From Octopus vulgaris (lineage: Eukaryota), in NCBI GenBank assembly GCA_951406725.2, contig OX597818.1, positions 132,246,001 through 132,310,000 of the forward strand: a DNA stretch of 64,000 nucleotides, read 5' to 3'. Under the pieces are notes generated by a model. The model searched no databases, was not told where the DNA came from, and saw only the letters and a list, made by a program, of their open reading frames with translations. The position numbers and the translations under genes are program-made. Shown here one piece after another: positions 1 through 12,525 of the stretch (positions are counted from its first letter, which is position 1; each line of letters opens with the position of its first letter).

Positions 1-370
1 AAACAGAACAAATACCACAGACATGTACCAACGATTCAGCTAATCCACCAACCTTTATGTTGTATAACTGGAATCAACTGAAGATCAACACAGTTTGGTA
101 TTACAAACAAAAGATTTAATGAAGGAGTTTGTCAATATGACTATAAACCTGCTGGTAGCTGACAAGCCCAATATGGAATAAGCAGGTCTGGATTGCTAGG
201 CAAATTCTGCTTTGGATTCAATACTGCTGAGTCATGTTTTTATACCTTATTCACTTTTTGTTCTCATGACCAGCTCTGAATACTGGCATATTTCACATGT
301 TATTGTTATTTAGCCATGATCTAGAGACCTATGATCAATATCATTCCAACTGTGCTGATCTCATCTTTAA

Positions 371-590
371 CTCTTTAGCGTTCAAATTAATATGTCAAAA
401 GTAATCTTTATTCATTTACATTTTAAAAAATTAATCTGGTATTATCTTGTAGCTTCAAGATTTGAAAGATGTAATTGTTTATTTTTAGAAAGACATTGCA
501 GGGTAGGTGTGAGATACTGGTTCTGGCCAGTTTGAGCATAAAATGAGTAGAATATTTGGGCCGGATATAGCCGGTTTAAACACTAAAGGG
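371..590. mobile_element. piggyBac-type MITE with TTAA target duplication
   Basis: TTAA|ctctttagcg ... cactaaaggg|TTAA; related copies at 25925-26146 and 22237-22708. Confidence 0.75.
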
Positions 591-699
591 TTAAGAAGCA
601 CTATATTACCCAGTGTGTCACTTCTTATTTAAGACAATAGGGTGTATCTGAAGGGATTTGACAGTAGTTCTAGAAACTTCATAGAGGTTCCCTAATTGG

Positions 700-1100
700 T
701 ATGTAATACTACATGATAGTGTTACATGAGCATTGAATGCGAAAAATTCTGTGGTTATGATGATGGGTTTCAGAGAAGTGAGCTATAGATGATCAGTTGG
801 ATTTGTAAGGATAATTTGCATGAATGGCACAGAAAAGTGTTCTGAGAATTTTCCAATTTGCATTTGTGTTCTTAGCTTTGGTCATTCTATCAGCTGATTT
901 ATGCAGCTGAGGAAGTTGTACAGGTATGGACACATGTGATGTGATTAGACAATGAACGCTCGGCTAAAAAGCAATCTGCATTAACTAAAGCGGGTCATGA
1001 AGAGTGTAACACTCAAAGAAGATCAGTTGTCAGGAGACTGAAGAATCACTAATAAGATAATATTCACAAAAAGTCTGCTTGCCTTATGGAAACAATACAT
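700..1100 (+). mobile_element. Highly decayed RTE/RTE-X-like LINE ORF 3' fragment
   Basis: Broken reading LHDSVT*ALN..RSEL*MISWIC..RKLYRYGH resembles the LHGSETW..MLRWMC..RLRWYGH region of RTE ORFs. Confidence 0.45.
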
Positions 1101-1233
1101 TGAAAGTACTAATACCATCACAACTTCTAAATCATTACTGGTGAATTGTTATGTGTGTTGATGTATACTCTGTGGTAGGCCTTAAATCTGAATGACTGAC
1201 TGGTGTGTGATTGGCAAGGCTAGTTGCAAAGAC

Positions 1234-1606
1234 ATATATAATACATACATATACATACATACATACATATATACTTACACACACACACACACACACATAC
1301 ACACACACACACATATGTAAATATAATTATATCCATATATGTATACATACATACATATGTACACACACACATATATATATGTACATATAACTATATACAC
1401 ATATACATGTGTGTGTATGTATATGCATATGTATATACACATGTACATGTGCGTGTACATATATATATGTATATATATACATACACACACATATGAATAC
1501 ATATAACACATATATATACACACATATATATACATATATAATACATATATATATACATATATAATACACATATATATATATATATATATATGTATGCATA
1601 TATATG
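1234..1606. repeat. Compound (TA)/(CA)/(TACA) microsatellite
   Basis: Direct inspection; explains the YIYI/CVCV ORFs. Confidence 0.95.
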
Positions 1607-2289
1607 CTTTATTTCACCATCGATTTAATGGTCACATAAGTGGCATAGGTTAACAGGAGGTTTTACAACAAGATTCTCTCATGGTACCAACTACAACCAA
1701 TTTCCAAGTTAGGTAATAGTCTCTCAGTCTCTCAAACAACAAACACCCTGGATATGGTAACACAGAGAATTGGAAACAAACGATACTGTATGAATGAGTC
1801 ATTTGTTCACAGAAAGAAGACTGGAAATATAGGATCCCTGCCCTTTCGGCCAAGCAGAGTTTGCATTGTCTGCTCCCACTGAGGAGATGGATCTAGAAAA
1901 AATTTGCCTCGTATAGAGTCCTTCTTAAATTCTAAAAGTGAAATGTTTAGTTGGTTCCCTTATGAGAGAAAATTTGTGCTGGACACATGGACTTCCACAC
2001 TTGTTGAGAAGTGAATGGAAATTCTTTTCAAACACATTTGTATCCATTCAAAGGGAGATAATTCCATGTTGCCTACAAGGGGTTTTCACTTTGAAGAGTT
2101 TCATTTCAGGGTTTTTTTCTTTTTTGTCACAGTGTTAATGAACAAGACTATATTTGGAACTTCCGTTAGTATGTCCTACTTTGGAAGCAATATCTGAAAC
2201 AGCATATCCCCCTTGAAGGAGCATTTTCAGACAAACACCTCAATGAAGAAAAACCAAGGAACTTGTGCATAAATCATCTTAGTTATCAT

Positions 2290-2490
2290 CAAGACACCAT
2301 AAAAACATCAGTAATTTGAGGATCAAGGAGGCCGTCTTCATCAGTAAATTGAATCCATCGTTAACAAAACACAGAGGAACTGCATGAATCATCATTCACC
2401 TTTTCCCCCACTTTGGGGTGTCATTATGTCTGAAGACAGCCCAAAAAACCAACAACCCTGACTGTTTTACCCCAAACAGATATTCAGATA
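2290..2490 (+). mobile_element. Penelope-like element remnant (GIY-YIG C-terminus and 3' UTR)
   Basis: 2316-2378 reads LRIKEAVFISKLNPSLTKHRG, the typical PLE ORF end; a degenerate CTGAAGA follows at ~2430. Confidence 0.55.
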
Positions 2491-2628
2491 TTCACAAAAT
2501 ACTCACCATCATCATAAGCAATACACAGTTGCAGCATCATGGCTCCATATACAAGCAGATTTCAGAATTACCAATAGAAAACAAGCCTTTCTTACTTCAT
2601 TTATATCACTTAAATGGACCGATTAGAG

Positions 2629-3400
2629 AAGGGATTCTCAACCATTTTCTACCTATGATTACTATTTTGATTGTGGAGGCGCAATGGCCCTGTGGTTAGG
2701 GCAGCGGACTCGCGGTCGTAGGATCGCGGTTTCGATTCCCAGACCAGGCGTTGTGAGTGTTTATTGAGCGAAAACACCTAAAGCTTCACGAGGTTCCAGC
2801 AGGGGATGGTGGTGATCCCTGCTGTACTCTTTCACCACAACTTTCTCTCACTCTTACTTCCTGTTTCTGTTGTACCTGTATTTCAAAGGGCTGGCTTTGT
2901 CACTCTCTGTGTCACGCTGAATATCCCCGAGAACTACGTTAAGGGTACACACGTGTCTGTGGAGTGCTCAACCACTTACACGTTAATTTCACGAGCAGGC
3001 TGTTCCGTTAATTCGGATCAACCGGAACCCTCATCGTCGTAACCGACGGAGTGCTTCCTTCCACTATTTTGATTACTGTTTGACTCCTTTGGTTACTATT
3101 TTAATTTGGTGGACCCCTATAGTCATACTATGTTTAAAAACTACTTTTATAGATACTTCTTTCAAAATTCCTATATTGTTCTTCACACATTAACTCATGT
3201 AGGTTGAACTATGTGAGATGTCAGAGAAAGAAAACTAACTGTTTCTTGCAATGCATACCAATACATACATCTCAAGCCAGATTTTTGCTGGGGTCCCTCA
3301 GAATACTGTTGTGGATCTCCAATTTACTATTTTGTTTTGTGGACCCCCAAATCTTTTAAGGACACTCATGGGCCACATGAACCCTGGTTGAGAACCACTG
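2629..3400. mobile_element. hAT/Charlie-type MITE with nested SINE
   Basis: Right end ggttgagaaccactg is the reverse complement of CAGTGGTTCTCAACC; degenerate left end aagggattctcaacc; internal ggacccc repeats. Confidence 0.55.
2673..3062 (+). mobile_element. Full-length tRNA-derived SINE (family A)
   Basis: tRNA-like head with A box TGGCCCTGTGGTTAGG and B box GTTTCGATTCC; perfect 12-bp TSD actattttgatt at 2661-2672 and 3063-3074. Confidence 0.9.
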
Positions 3401-3550
3401 GGCTGGGGCATAGCAAGCTTAATATCTTATACTTTTTGCTCTCTGCTTCAGGTATGTAAACGATATTATCATGCTGACTTCCTCCAATAAGGAAACCATC
3501 AGCATATTTTACAAATCTAACTGTATTAGTGAGAACATTCAGCTCAAAAT

Positions 3551-3586
<36 letters not shown>

Positions 3587-3669
3587 TCTCTCTCTCTTCC
3601 TCTCTCTCTCTTCCTCTCTCTCTCTCTCTTGAATTTCCAACTCTAATTTATGGAGGAAGATGATATCTC

Positions 3670-4085
3670 TACTGATTTCTATAGAAAGGTGACCTGTAAC
3701 AGGTGTAGCAAAGCAGTAGATAAAAGCTTTCAACTCCAAGTAATTATATATATAATATATATATATATATATAAGCAAGAGAGTGACCTGAAGAGACACT
3801 TTCACTGTGCTGCAGTGGTGGAAAGATTAAATCCCTGCAATTCCCCAACCTCCAGAGCCATTGAAAAAACTGTTGACATCAACTGACCAAGATTCCAAGC
3901 AATTCCAAAACGAAACTAGATAATAAAATACTGCACTACAGATGACATCGTTTGGAGCCACAAGAGATTTAAATGAGCCAGGATTCATGCAAACTTTCAA
4001 GATCCAAGCCAGATATATCATTGGATTGGCTCTCTGCTACCTCTGTTAAATGAATCACCACCAAAATTGGCCTTTCGTTGTTTAT
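3670..4085 (+). pseudogene. Helitron RepHel N-terminal coding remnant (frameshifted)
   Basis: Reads CNRCSKA..LCCSGGKI..PPEPLKKLLT..DSKQFQN..ALQMTSFGA..EPGFMQTFKIQ/QIYHWIGSLLP, characteristic Helitron Rep-upstream motifs. Confidence 0.8.
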
Positions 4086-4156
4086 AATCTGAACCTGTTT
4101 TTGGTTACGATAAAAGCTACACAAAACGTGTTTTTGAATTACATGTATTTACTTTA

Positions 4157-4555
4157 TCTTTATATATAAAAGTGAAGTTGTGTGTCTGTCTCCTAGAATT
4201 TAGATTCCTAACTACTCCCACATTTTGCGGTGCAGTTTAACCAAATTCGGGTATCTTATAGTCGTGATTCATATCGAGCCCTCCTGGGTAATAAAAGCGC
4301 GTGTCTACGATGAGTCTACGATTTTAAAAATAATTTACCATCATTTTTTCCATTTTAATGCATTTTTTCGCTATTATATAAGGGAAGTAACTCTCTAAAA
4401 ATATCTATGATGAGTCAACGATTTAAAAAAAATTTACCATCATTTTCTTTCCATTTTTAATGCATTTTTTTGCTAAATTTTGGCTATAACTCTCTAAAAA
4501 TGCTTATATAGTTATTTCCCTTACAAACCCGAGCAACGCCGGGCGATACTGCTAG
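4157..4555 (+). mobile_element. Non-autonomous Helitron
   Basis: A|TC 5' end, 3' hairpin cccg-agcaacgc-cggg (4528-4543), CTAG|T 3' end, no TSD; internal ~100-bp tandem duplication 4304-4500. Confidence 0.85.
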
Positions 4556-4757
4556 TATACATATATAAGTTGAAAACTTTCTTTTAACATTTCATGTAAC
4601 GTCTATGTTCCATGTTAGCATGGGTTGTAGAGTTATTTATATAGAAAGTTGGTATCTCAGCTACTAGCAACTGAGACCTGCGTAATCTAAACGGCATTTT
4701 AAATTTTATTATTCTCTTTAACTTAGGCAACGTCAGGTATTTCTGCTTGTGTGTGTA

Positions 4758-4802
<45 letters not shown>

Positions 4803-4814
4803 GCATACATACAT

Positions 4815-4985
4815 AGGTGCAGGAGTAGCTGTGTGGTAAGTAGCTTGCTTACCAACCACATGGTTCTGGATTCAGTCCCACTGTATAGCACCTTTGTCAA
4901 GAGTCTTCTACTATAGCCTCGGGCCAACCAAAGCCTTGTGGGTGGATCTGGTAGTCGGAAACTGAAAAAAGCTCATCGTGTATAT
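4815..4985 (+). mobile_element. tRNA-derived CORE-like SINE (family B), 5' half
   Basis: ggtgcaggagtagctgtgtggtaagtagcttgc head shared with the full copies at 15551 and 58671. Confidence 0.85.
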
Positions 4986-4992
4986 ATATATA

Positions 4993-6905
4993 TCGATGTG
5001 ATAAAAAAAAATGCCTGCTTCCACTAACAAAACTACACTACAAGCATTTTTAGGTTTGGTAAGTTATTACCAGTTGTACATACTTAAAATGTATGAGCTA
5101 AGAGGTCCGTTGAATAAGTTGCTAAAGAAGGTCTCGAAATGGAGCTGGACAAACGAATGTCAGAAATCATTCGAGGAATTATAAAAGCGGTTAACATCAG
5201 AGTTATCATTAACTCATTTCGACCAAATTTGAAAATAATTGTGGCATCGGATGCCAGTGAATATGGAATAGGAGCTGTGATATTGCATAAATTTTATGAT
5301 GGTAAAATCAAAGCTATTGCACATGCATCGAGAGTTCTATTACCAGCGGAAAGAAACTTCAGCCAGATTGAAAAAGAGGCGTTATCATTAATCTTCGCAG
5401 TAAAAAAATTCCGTAAATTCTTACATGGGAGGAAGTTTACACTGCAAACGGATCACCGACCGTTATTTTTGGTTCGAAAAGGGTATTCCAATGCACTCAG
5501 CAAACCGCTTACCGCACTGGGGGAATACTCTGTTGAACTACGATTTCCAGATGGAGTTTTTGCCATCAATGAAAATGGGACACGCAGACGGGTTGTCTAG
5601 GCTAACTCCGAAATATGAGGAACCCTTTGAAGACGCGGTGATTGCATCGTTAAAACTAGAAATGGAACTAAAGAATATTTTGTGCAATGTAGTACGAGAC
5701 TTGCTGGTAAAGCTGGAAGAATTAAAATCAGGAAATGATAGGTTCATAAAAAAGATTTTAAAAAATGTTGTGTAACATGAAAAATGTAAATGAGCGGGAC
5801 GCAGGTTCAAAGCACTATTCAGTATGTGATGAGGTATTATCATATGCACACAGAGTGGTAATACCTGAAGTACTGCAAAACAGAATATTAAAAGACTTAC
5901 ATGTAGGACACCCGGGGATTGTCCGGATGAAGAGTCTCATGAGTAGTTACGTTTATTGGCCGAATATGGACAAGCAAATTGAGAGACTGGTAAAAACAGT
6001 TTAGGGGATGCGCTATGGCAGCAAAGGCGCCCCCAGTGCAGATTCAGTCATGGCCCAAAACGGATTCGGCTTGGTCTAGACTACATGTGGATTTCGCAGG
6101 ACCAATAAATGGCTCTCATTATATCATTGTGGTGGATAGGTATTCCAAATGGCCTGAAGTGTGTAAATGTTCAAGGCCAACCACAAGTGTGACTATTGAC
6201 TTCTTGGAAGAACTGTTCACTCGTTATGGAATGCCAGATACGATCATGTCAGATAATGGTACACAATTCATGGCGAAGGAGTTCGAAAGATTCTGTAAGT
6301 CGGTTCAGATGAAGCATGTGTTAACTCCGCCATACCATCCAAGGTTAAATGGAATAGCGGAAAGATTTGTCAACACATTCAAGACAACCTTAAGAAAGAC
6401 CAGATGGCAAATCCTTGAAGATACAAATATGACAAAGATTTTGCAGGTGTATAGAATAACACCGAATCCAAATGCAGAGTTGGGTAGGTCACCTGCAGAT
6501 TTGATGTTTTCCAGAAAAATTCGTTCTATTTTTGACAAATGGTTGCTGAGCAGGAAACAGAAAAGAGAAAATTCGGGAAGAAAAATGAAATTTTTTAACT
6601 CAGGTGACAAAGTGTATTTTAAAATATATAGTAACGGAAAACAGGACTTGGAACAAGGAAGTATAACTGGACGTCTGGGTAACGTGATGTACATGGTAAA
6701 AGGACAAAATATGAACACAGAAGGCATTTAAACCAATTAGAAAAAAGATATACCAAAAACCAAGAGAGGCTAGAAGAACCAATGGATTTATGGTATGATT
6801 TGTTCGAGGTCCTAGAAGCACAAGCAAAAGCAGAACCGATACGTAGGTTGAACAGGAAGAGAAAACCTACAGAAATGATGGAAATTAACGCTAAGAGAAA
6901 AAGAT
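4993..6905 (+). pseudogene. Ty3/Gypsy pol remnant (RT connection, RNase H, HHCC zinc finger, DDE integrase)
   Basis: LQAFLGLVSYY; VASDASEYGIGAV..NFSQIEKEAL..TDHRPL; HADGLSRL; LHVGHPGIVRMK..YWP; HVDFAGP..SDNGTQF..NGIAERFV; several frameshifts; no LTRs adjacent. Confidence 0.95.
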
Positions 6906-6949
6906 ATGCCAGTTTATCACCAAGGAAATAAAATTGATAAATTCAGGTT

Positions 6950-6994
<45 letters not shown>

Positions 6995-7054
6995 ATATGT
7001 ATATATATATATGTATATATGTATAACATATACATATATATATATATATGTATG

Positions 7055-7113
<59 letters not shown>

Positions 7114-7148
7114 ATGTGTATTTATATGTATATTTATACATATCTATA

Positions 7149-8016
7149 TCTCTATATTATAATTCTGAAATGCGAAAAGTTTGTCTCATTTTGGCATTGG
7201 AACGGGTTAAGGGGCACTAGATGGGGTCGGATTGACTCCAAAATTTACAGGGACATGTAAAATCATGTGAGGATGAGAGTGGGCTAGGTTAGAAATCCCT
7301 ATCTTAAAAGGTGTGGTTACTAGGGCAAAAAACGCACATTTTGACAAGTCTACTCTCATTCTTTTATCTGCCTGTTTTCCTCCATCTCTCTCTCTCTCTT
7401 TCATCCCTTCCTTTCACTTTCTCTCTATAACGTCGTTTGATAGCGTCTACTATCTTTCTTCCACCACCTTCATTATTTTTACGCTTTTTAAACCCTCCGT
7501 CGTTATTCTCATTCACTCATTATTACTTTCTCTCTCCCCTCTCTCTCTATCTATATATATCGAGAAAGATTCTCATGATTGTGTGGTGGTGGTGGTGGTG
7601 GCGATGATAATTCTCTCTATGAATGCAGACAGACGTAGAGAGAGACAGAGAGAGTGACTGCGCTGGTGAAGGCGGCGGAGGAAAGATAATAGACGCTATC
7701 AAACGACGTTATAGAGAGAAAGTGAAAGGACGGGAGAAAGTAATAATGAGTGAAGGAGAATAAGGACGAAGGGTTTATAAAGCGTAAAAATATTTTCTTT
7801 CTCAACTTACTCAAGATATTTTGTTGTTTATAAATGGGAGAGAGGTAGAAAGAGATAGATAGAGAGTAAGAGAAATGAAGAGTAAGAGAGAGGGAAAGTG
7901 AGAGAGAAAGGAGAGAGAAACAAAGAGGGAGAATATGGCGATAAGAAACAGAAAGGAAGCAACAGAAAGTAATAACCACACCCTCACCCGCACGTAGAGC
8001 AGGTCACCTTAAGCTA

Positions 8017-8017
<1 letters not shown>
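7149..8017 (+). mobile_element. Non-autonomous Helitron, second family
   Basis: A|TC start; 3' cccgcacgtagagcagg hairpin then CTAG|T at 8014-8018; sits in TA-rich repeat. Confidence 0.7.
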
Positions 8018-8062
<45 letters not shown>

Positions 8063-8065
<3 letters not shown>

Positions 8066-8299
8066 GCCTTCGAAACATATGTTGAAAATAAAATAAAGGA
8101 ATTTTGTTAATTCGTCGTTCAACTTCATTCTTTCATTTATTTGCATTAAAAAAAACACACAAATTTCCGCACGATAGCACGTGATCTCTGCCCTAGGCAA
8201 GTAGCTTCATCCGTGTTTTTCTGACGTGAATTTGCTACCCAGGTATCGTTTAACCGAATTATCCATAATAAGATACTTCATTCAACTACTCAATTATTT
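8063..8299 (+). mobile_element. 5'-truncated PLE pseudo-LTR-like unit with 3' half of a hammerhead
   Basis: Flanked by (TA)n; begins gcagccttCGAAACATATGTTgaa with palindromic stem III ACATATGT, followed by AATAAA. Confidence 0.5.
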
Positions 8300-8323
8300 A
8301 TATATATATATATATATATATAA

Positions 8324-8580
8324 AGGGGGGGTAAAGACCCCCTTCGGTCATGAGTGACCATGGGTTTGCACCTAGAGAGTTAACCTCTGATGCACAAGTC
8401 TGGGTAAGGTTGTTTTATGGAAGACCAGCAGTCACCCATGCATACCGGCCTCCCCTCTCCACGCCACCGATGTTGTCCAAGGGAAAGGCAAGGGCCGATA
8501 CAGCTTGGCACCTGTGACGTCGCAACTCATTTCTACAGCTGAGTGAACTGGAGCAACGTGAAATAAAGTGTCTTGCTCAA
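8324..8580 (-). mobile_element. tRNA-derived SINE family C (5' truncated)
   Basis: Reverse complement of the 47502-47839 body; other copies at 23624-23935, 29733-30018, 31772-32106(-), 51465-51770. Confidence 0.9.
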
Positions 8581-8599
8581 ATATATATATATATACATA

Positions 8600-8988
8600 A
8601 GACCTGTGCTTGCAAAGACCTGTTGAGGGAAGTGAAATCAAAATCGAAATCAAATTTGATGACTGGCATCCATGCTAGTAGAGTGCTAAGAGCACCATCC
8701 AAGCGTGATTGTTGCCAGAGCAGCTGACTGGCCGGTGACACATAAAAAGTATCATTCGAGCGTGATTGTTACCAGCGTCACATTACTGACACTTGTGCCA
8801 GTGGCATGTGAGAAAATATTCGAGCGAGGTCGTTGCCAGTGCCCTGGACATTAAACTCTTGGAGTGGTTGGCATTAGGAAGGGCATGCAACTGTAGAAAC
8901 TCTGCCAGATAAGATTGGAGCCTGGTACAGCCATCTGGTTTGCCAGTCCTTAGTCAAATTGTCCCATCATGGTAAGCAGACGTTAAAC

Positions 8989-9020
<32 letters not shown>
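8600..9020 (+). mobile_element. SINE family D with V-domain-like core and (GAT)n tail
   Basis: ggagtggttggcattaggaagggcat..ccatc..gacgttaaacgatgatg; internal ~60-bp repeats; copies at 10965-11135(-), 32525-32760(-), 37822-38047, 43081-43245(-), 46088-46500(-), 52369-52480. Confidence 0.8.
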
Positions 9021-9021
<1 letters not shown>

Positions 9022-9027
9022 ATGATG

Positions 9028-9076
<49 letters not shown>

Positions 9077-9451
9077 AACATAAGCAAATATACATACACA
9101 TATATATATACATACATATATATACACATTCATATATATATATATATATATACATATACAGATATATATATATATTTATACATATATATTTATAAATATA
9201 TATAAATATATACATGTATTTATACACACAAGCACATACACAAACACACACACAGACATACATGCACACACACATACACACAAATATGTATACATAGAAT
9301 TGCATATATGCTTGTTAGTGTATATATAACATATAATGCAGAGTGGCATCATTTGAAAGCTGACACGTTACTAAGCCTGCTGTGACCAGTGATATATAAC
9401 AATGTCTAATAGTCTGTGTGTATGTGTGTTTCTGTGTATGTGTGTTTCTGT

Positions 9452-9505
<54 letters not shown>

Positions 9506-9661
9506 GTGTGTGTGTATAAATATATATATTTATATACACACACATATATATATATATATACATATATATATATGAATATACATATATGTATATATATATA
9601 TGTGTATATCTATATATATGTATATATATATATGTATGTATATATATATATATATATATGC

Positions 9662-9732
<71 letters not shown>

Positions 9733-9734
<2 letters not shown>

Positions 9735-9906
9735 GGAGTAAACACATAAATGTGAAACAAGGTGGAAAAAAAGAGTACTCAAATACCAGGGGTAGAGTAA
9801 TATGCTTTATTTAAAGCAGCAGAAAATTCTACAAAACCTGTTACTCTGAGTTTCACGAAACTCAGAGTAACAGGTTTTGTAGAATTTTCTGCTGCTTTAA
9901 ATAAAG
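9733..9906 (-). mobile_element. Fold-back plus tail element in (TA)n
   Basis: Perfect 50-bp inverted repeat 9805-9854 / 9857-9906 with a 2-nt loop; unique tail 9733-9804. Confidence 0.85.
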
Positions 9907-9945
<39 letters not shown>

Positions 9946-10074
9946 TTGTGTGTGTATAAATATATATATATATGTGTATGTGTGTGTGAAACTTATAAGT
10001 ATCTGTGTGCATGTTTGCATGAGTGCATTCAATTATGTAAGCATAATATACAATTATGTGTGTGTAAGTGTGTT

Positions 10075-10105
<31 letters not shown>

Positions 10106-10279
10106 GTGTGTGTGTTTATAATTGAATAGACATAATTCTGAAATACACACACATATACACACAGACACACTCGTGCGTGTGTGCACACACACTCATACAC
10201 CTATATGTTTGCATTTACATAAACATTCAAAAGGAAACTATACTGTACGTATACAAAGCCTGTGTTCTCCTTATTACAG

Positions 10280-10405
10280 CATGTCCAGACCATGTGTCCC
10301 TCAATCACAGGTCAGAAGCAGTGTGTACGAAATGTAAGGGAGATAATTCAGTAGTCAGTAACAGTTTTGAAGCTCTGGCCACTAATGCTGACTGTGTACT
10401 GAATG
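10280..10405 (+). CDS. Candidate small cysteine-rich coding exon (unconfirmed)
   Basis: Acceptor ttctccttattacag; open frame CPDHVSLNHRSEAVCTKCKGD..DCVLN; possible donors T|gtaagg (10333) or G|gtacat (10405), both giving phase 1-1 exons; apparently unique sequence between microsatellites. Confidence 0.25.
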
Positions 10406-10519
10406 GTACATGTGGTGACTATCACACACATTCGTGTGCATGCACACAAACATGGAGACACATATATATGCTTTTATCCATATATACATATCTATGTAAT
10501 TATAGCTATCTATCTATCA

Positions 10520-10564
<45 letters not shown>

Positions 10565-10565
10565 G

Positions 10566-10763
10566 ATCAATTTTTTTTTTCTTCCTCTCCCCCTTTTTTT
10601 TTAACCCCCCCTTTTTTTAATCCTCTTTCTCTCCTTTTACGATCCCTTTTGATCGAAACTCCCCCTTCCTTTTTTTTTTTTTTTTTTAAACCTTCAAAAG
10701 AAAAGCTCTACCTTGTAATTTGTTCTATCTGTGTGCAGCCCTGTGTGGCTAATAAAGAAACAT
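10566..10763 (+). mobile_element. LINE-like 3' UTR fragment inserted in (TCTA)n
   Basis: Pyrimidine-rich; ends gtgcagccctgtgtggctaataaagaaaca, matching the MetaSINE 3' tail; (TCTA)n on both sides. Confidence 0.55.
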
Positions 10764-10843
10764 ATCTATCTATCTCTCTATCTATCTATCTATCCATCTA
10801 TCCATCCATCCATCCATCCATCCATCCATCCATCCATCCATCC

Positions 10844-10906
<63 letters not shown>

Positions 10907-11129
10907 ATCTATCTATCTATTCATCATCTATCTATCTATCTATCTCTCTCTGTATATATATATATATCATCATCATCATCATCATCGTTTATTGTCTGTT
11001 TTCCATGCTAGCATGGGTTGAACGGTTCAACCGGGGTCTGGAAAGCCAGAAGGCTGCACCAGGCTCCAGTCTGATCTGGCAGTGTTTCTATAGCTGGATG
11101 CCCTTCCTATCGCCAATCCCTTCCTAACG

Positions 11130-11163
<34 letters not shown>

Positions 11164-11672
11164 TGTCTTTCCCTTCCTCTTGTTGTGCCTACATAAGATA
11201 TATATAAATTCATATATATAAATATATATATGTACATATGTATGTATAGACATATATATATATATATATATACATACATACATACATACACATATATGTG
11301 TATGTATATATATATATATATGTATACATACATACATGTGTATATATATATGTATACACACACACACACATATATATATACTCATATGTGTGTATGTATG
11401 TATATATATATATATATATACATATATACATGTGTGTGCCCATTATTTAAACATATGTTATGCACCTCTGCTGAAAGATGATGAAGGGTTATGGTAAAGC
11501 AAAGTGTGGCCATTTTGAATTGCAAATGTATGTAAAATATTGTAAATAAATTTAACATTCAACCTGTAAACTTTCATTAACTAAAACCTAAGTATTTTTA
11601 TTTTATGATGAATAATGTGTAAATATTTATGCCTGCACCTGTTATGTGTACACACACACATATATATATATG

Positions 11673-11957
<285 letters not shown>

Positions 11958-12378
11958 GTATAGTCCACAGATGAGATCCAGAGATTCTTTATATAGAAGA
12001 CACTTAGTAGTGCTTTTAAAATTCAAACTTAGACTCTGATATCTTTTCAGGGGATCGATTCCACAGGGTAAAGAATGGCTATAAGAGGGATCAAGTTGAG
12101 TGGATATAGAGGCAAATATGCTGATAAACAAAATTAGATATATTAGATATAATACTTTTGGTATGAAATACAAAACATGTATGTATGTATACATGCAGAA
12201 CAAGAGAAAGTAAAGAGTGGAGACTTTCAGACGATGAATATTTAAGTATAAATATAGAGATATTTATTTTAATAGATCCAATTTAGACAGAGTCGTTTTG
12301 CAAGTATGCATATTTAGTATTTCATACCCAATCTATTATATTTGATTTATCTAATTTGTTTATCTGCATAATTGCCTC
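11958..12378 (-). mobile_element. Fold-back plus tail element, homologous to 48497-48990
   Basis: Arms ~12109-12200 / 12296-12378; tail 11958-12108 (tatagtccacagatgagatc..) matches the reverse complement of 48850-48990. Confidence 0.75.
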
Positions 12379-12469
12379 ACCCCTCTCTCTTTCTCTCTCT
12401 CTCGAAATATATATATATATATACACACACACACAATGTTCTATGAGTGAGCTCTGAAGCTCTCAAGGT

Positions 12470-12525
<56 letters not shown>

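Noticed and set aside
878-925. 48-nt exon-like segment with AG/GT borders
   Set aside because: Overlaps a decayed RTE-like ORF; likely chance.
2673-2745. tRNA gene (also heads at 15551 and 47502)
   Set aside because: No complete acceptor stem; each runs into a SINE body, with a TSD at 2673.
6015-6731. Intact integrase ORF as a domesticated gene
   Set aside because: Contiguous with frameshifted RNase H and zinc-finger regions of the same decayed pol; the C-terminus is frameshifted.
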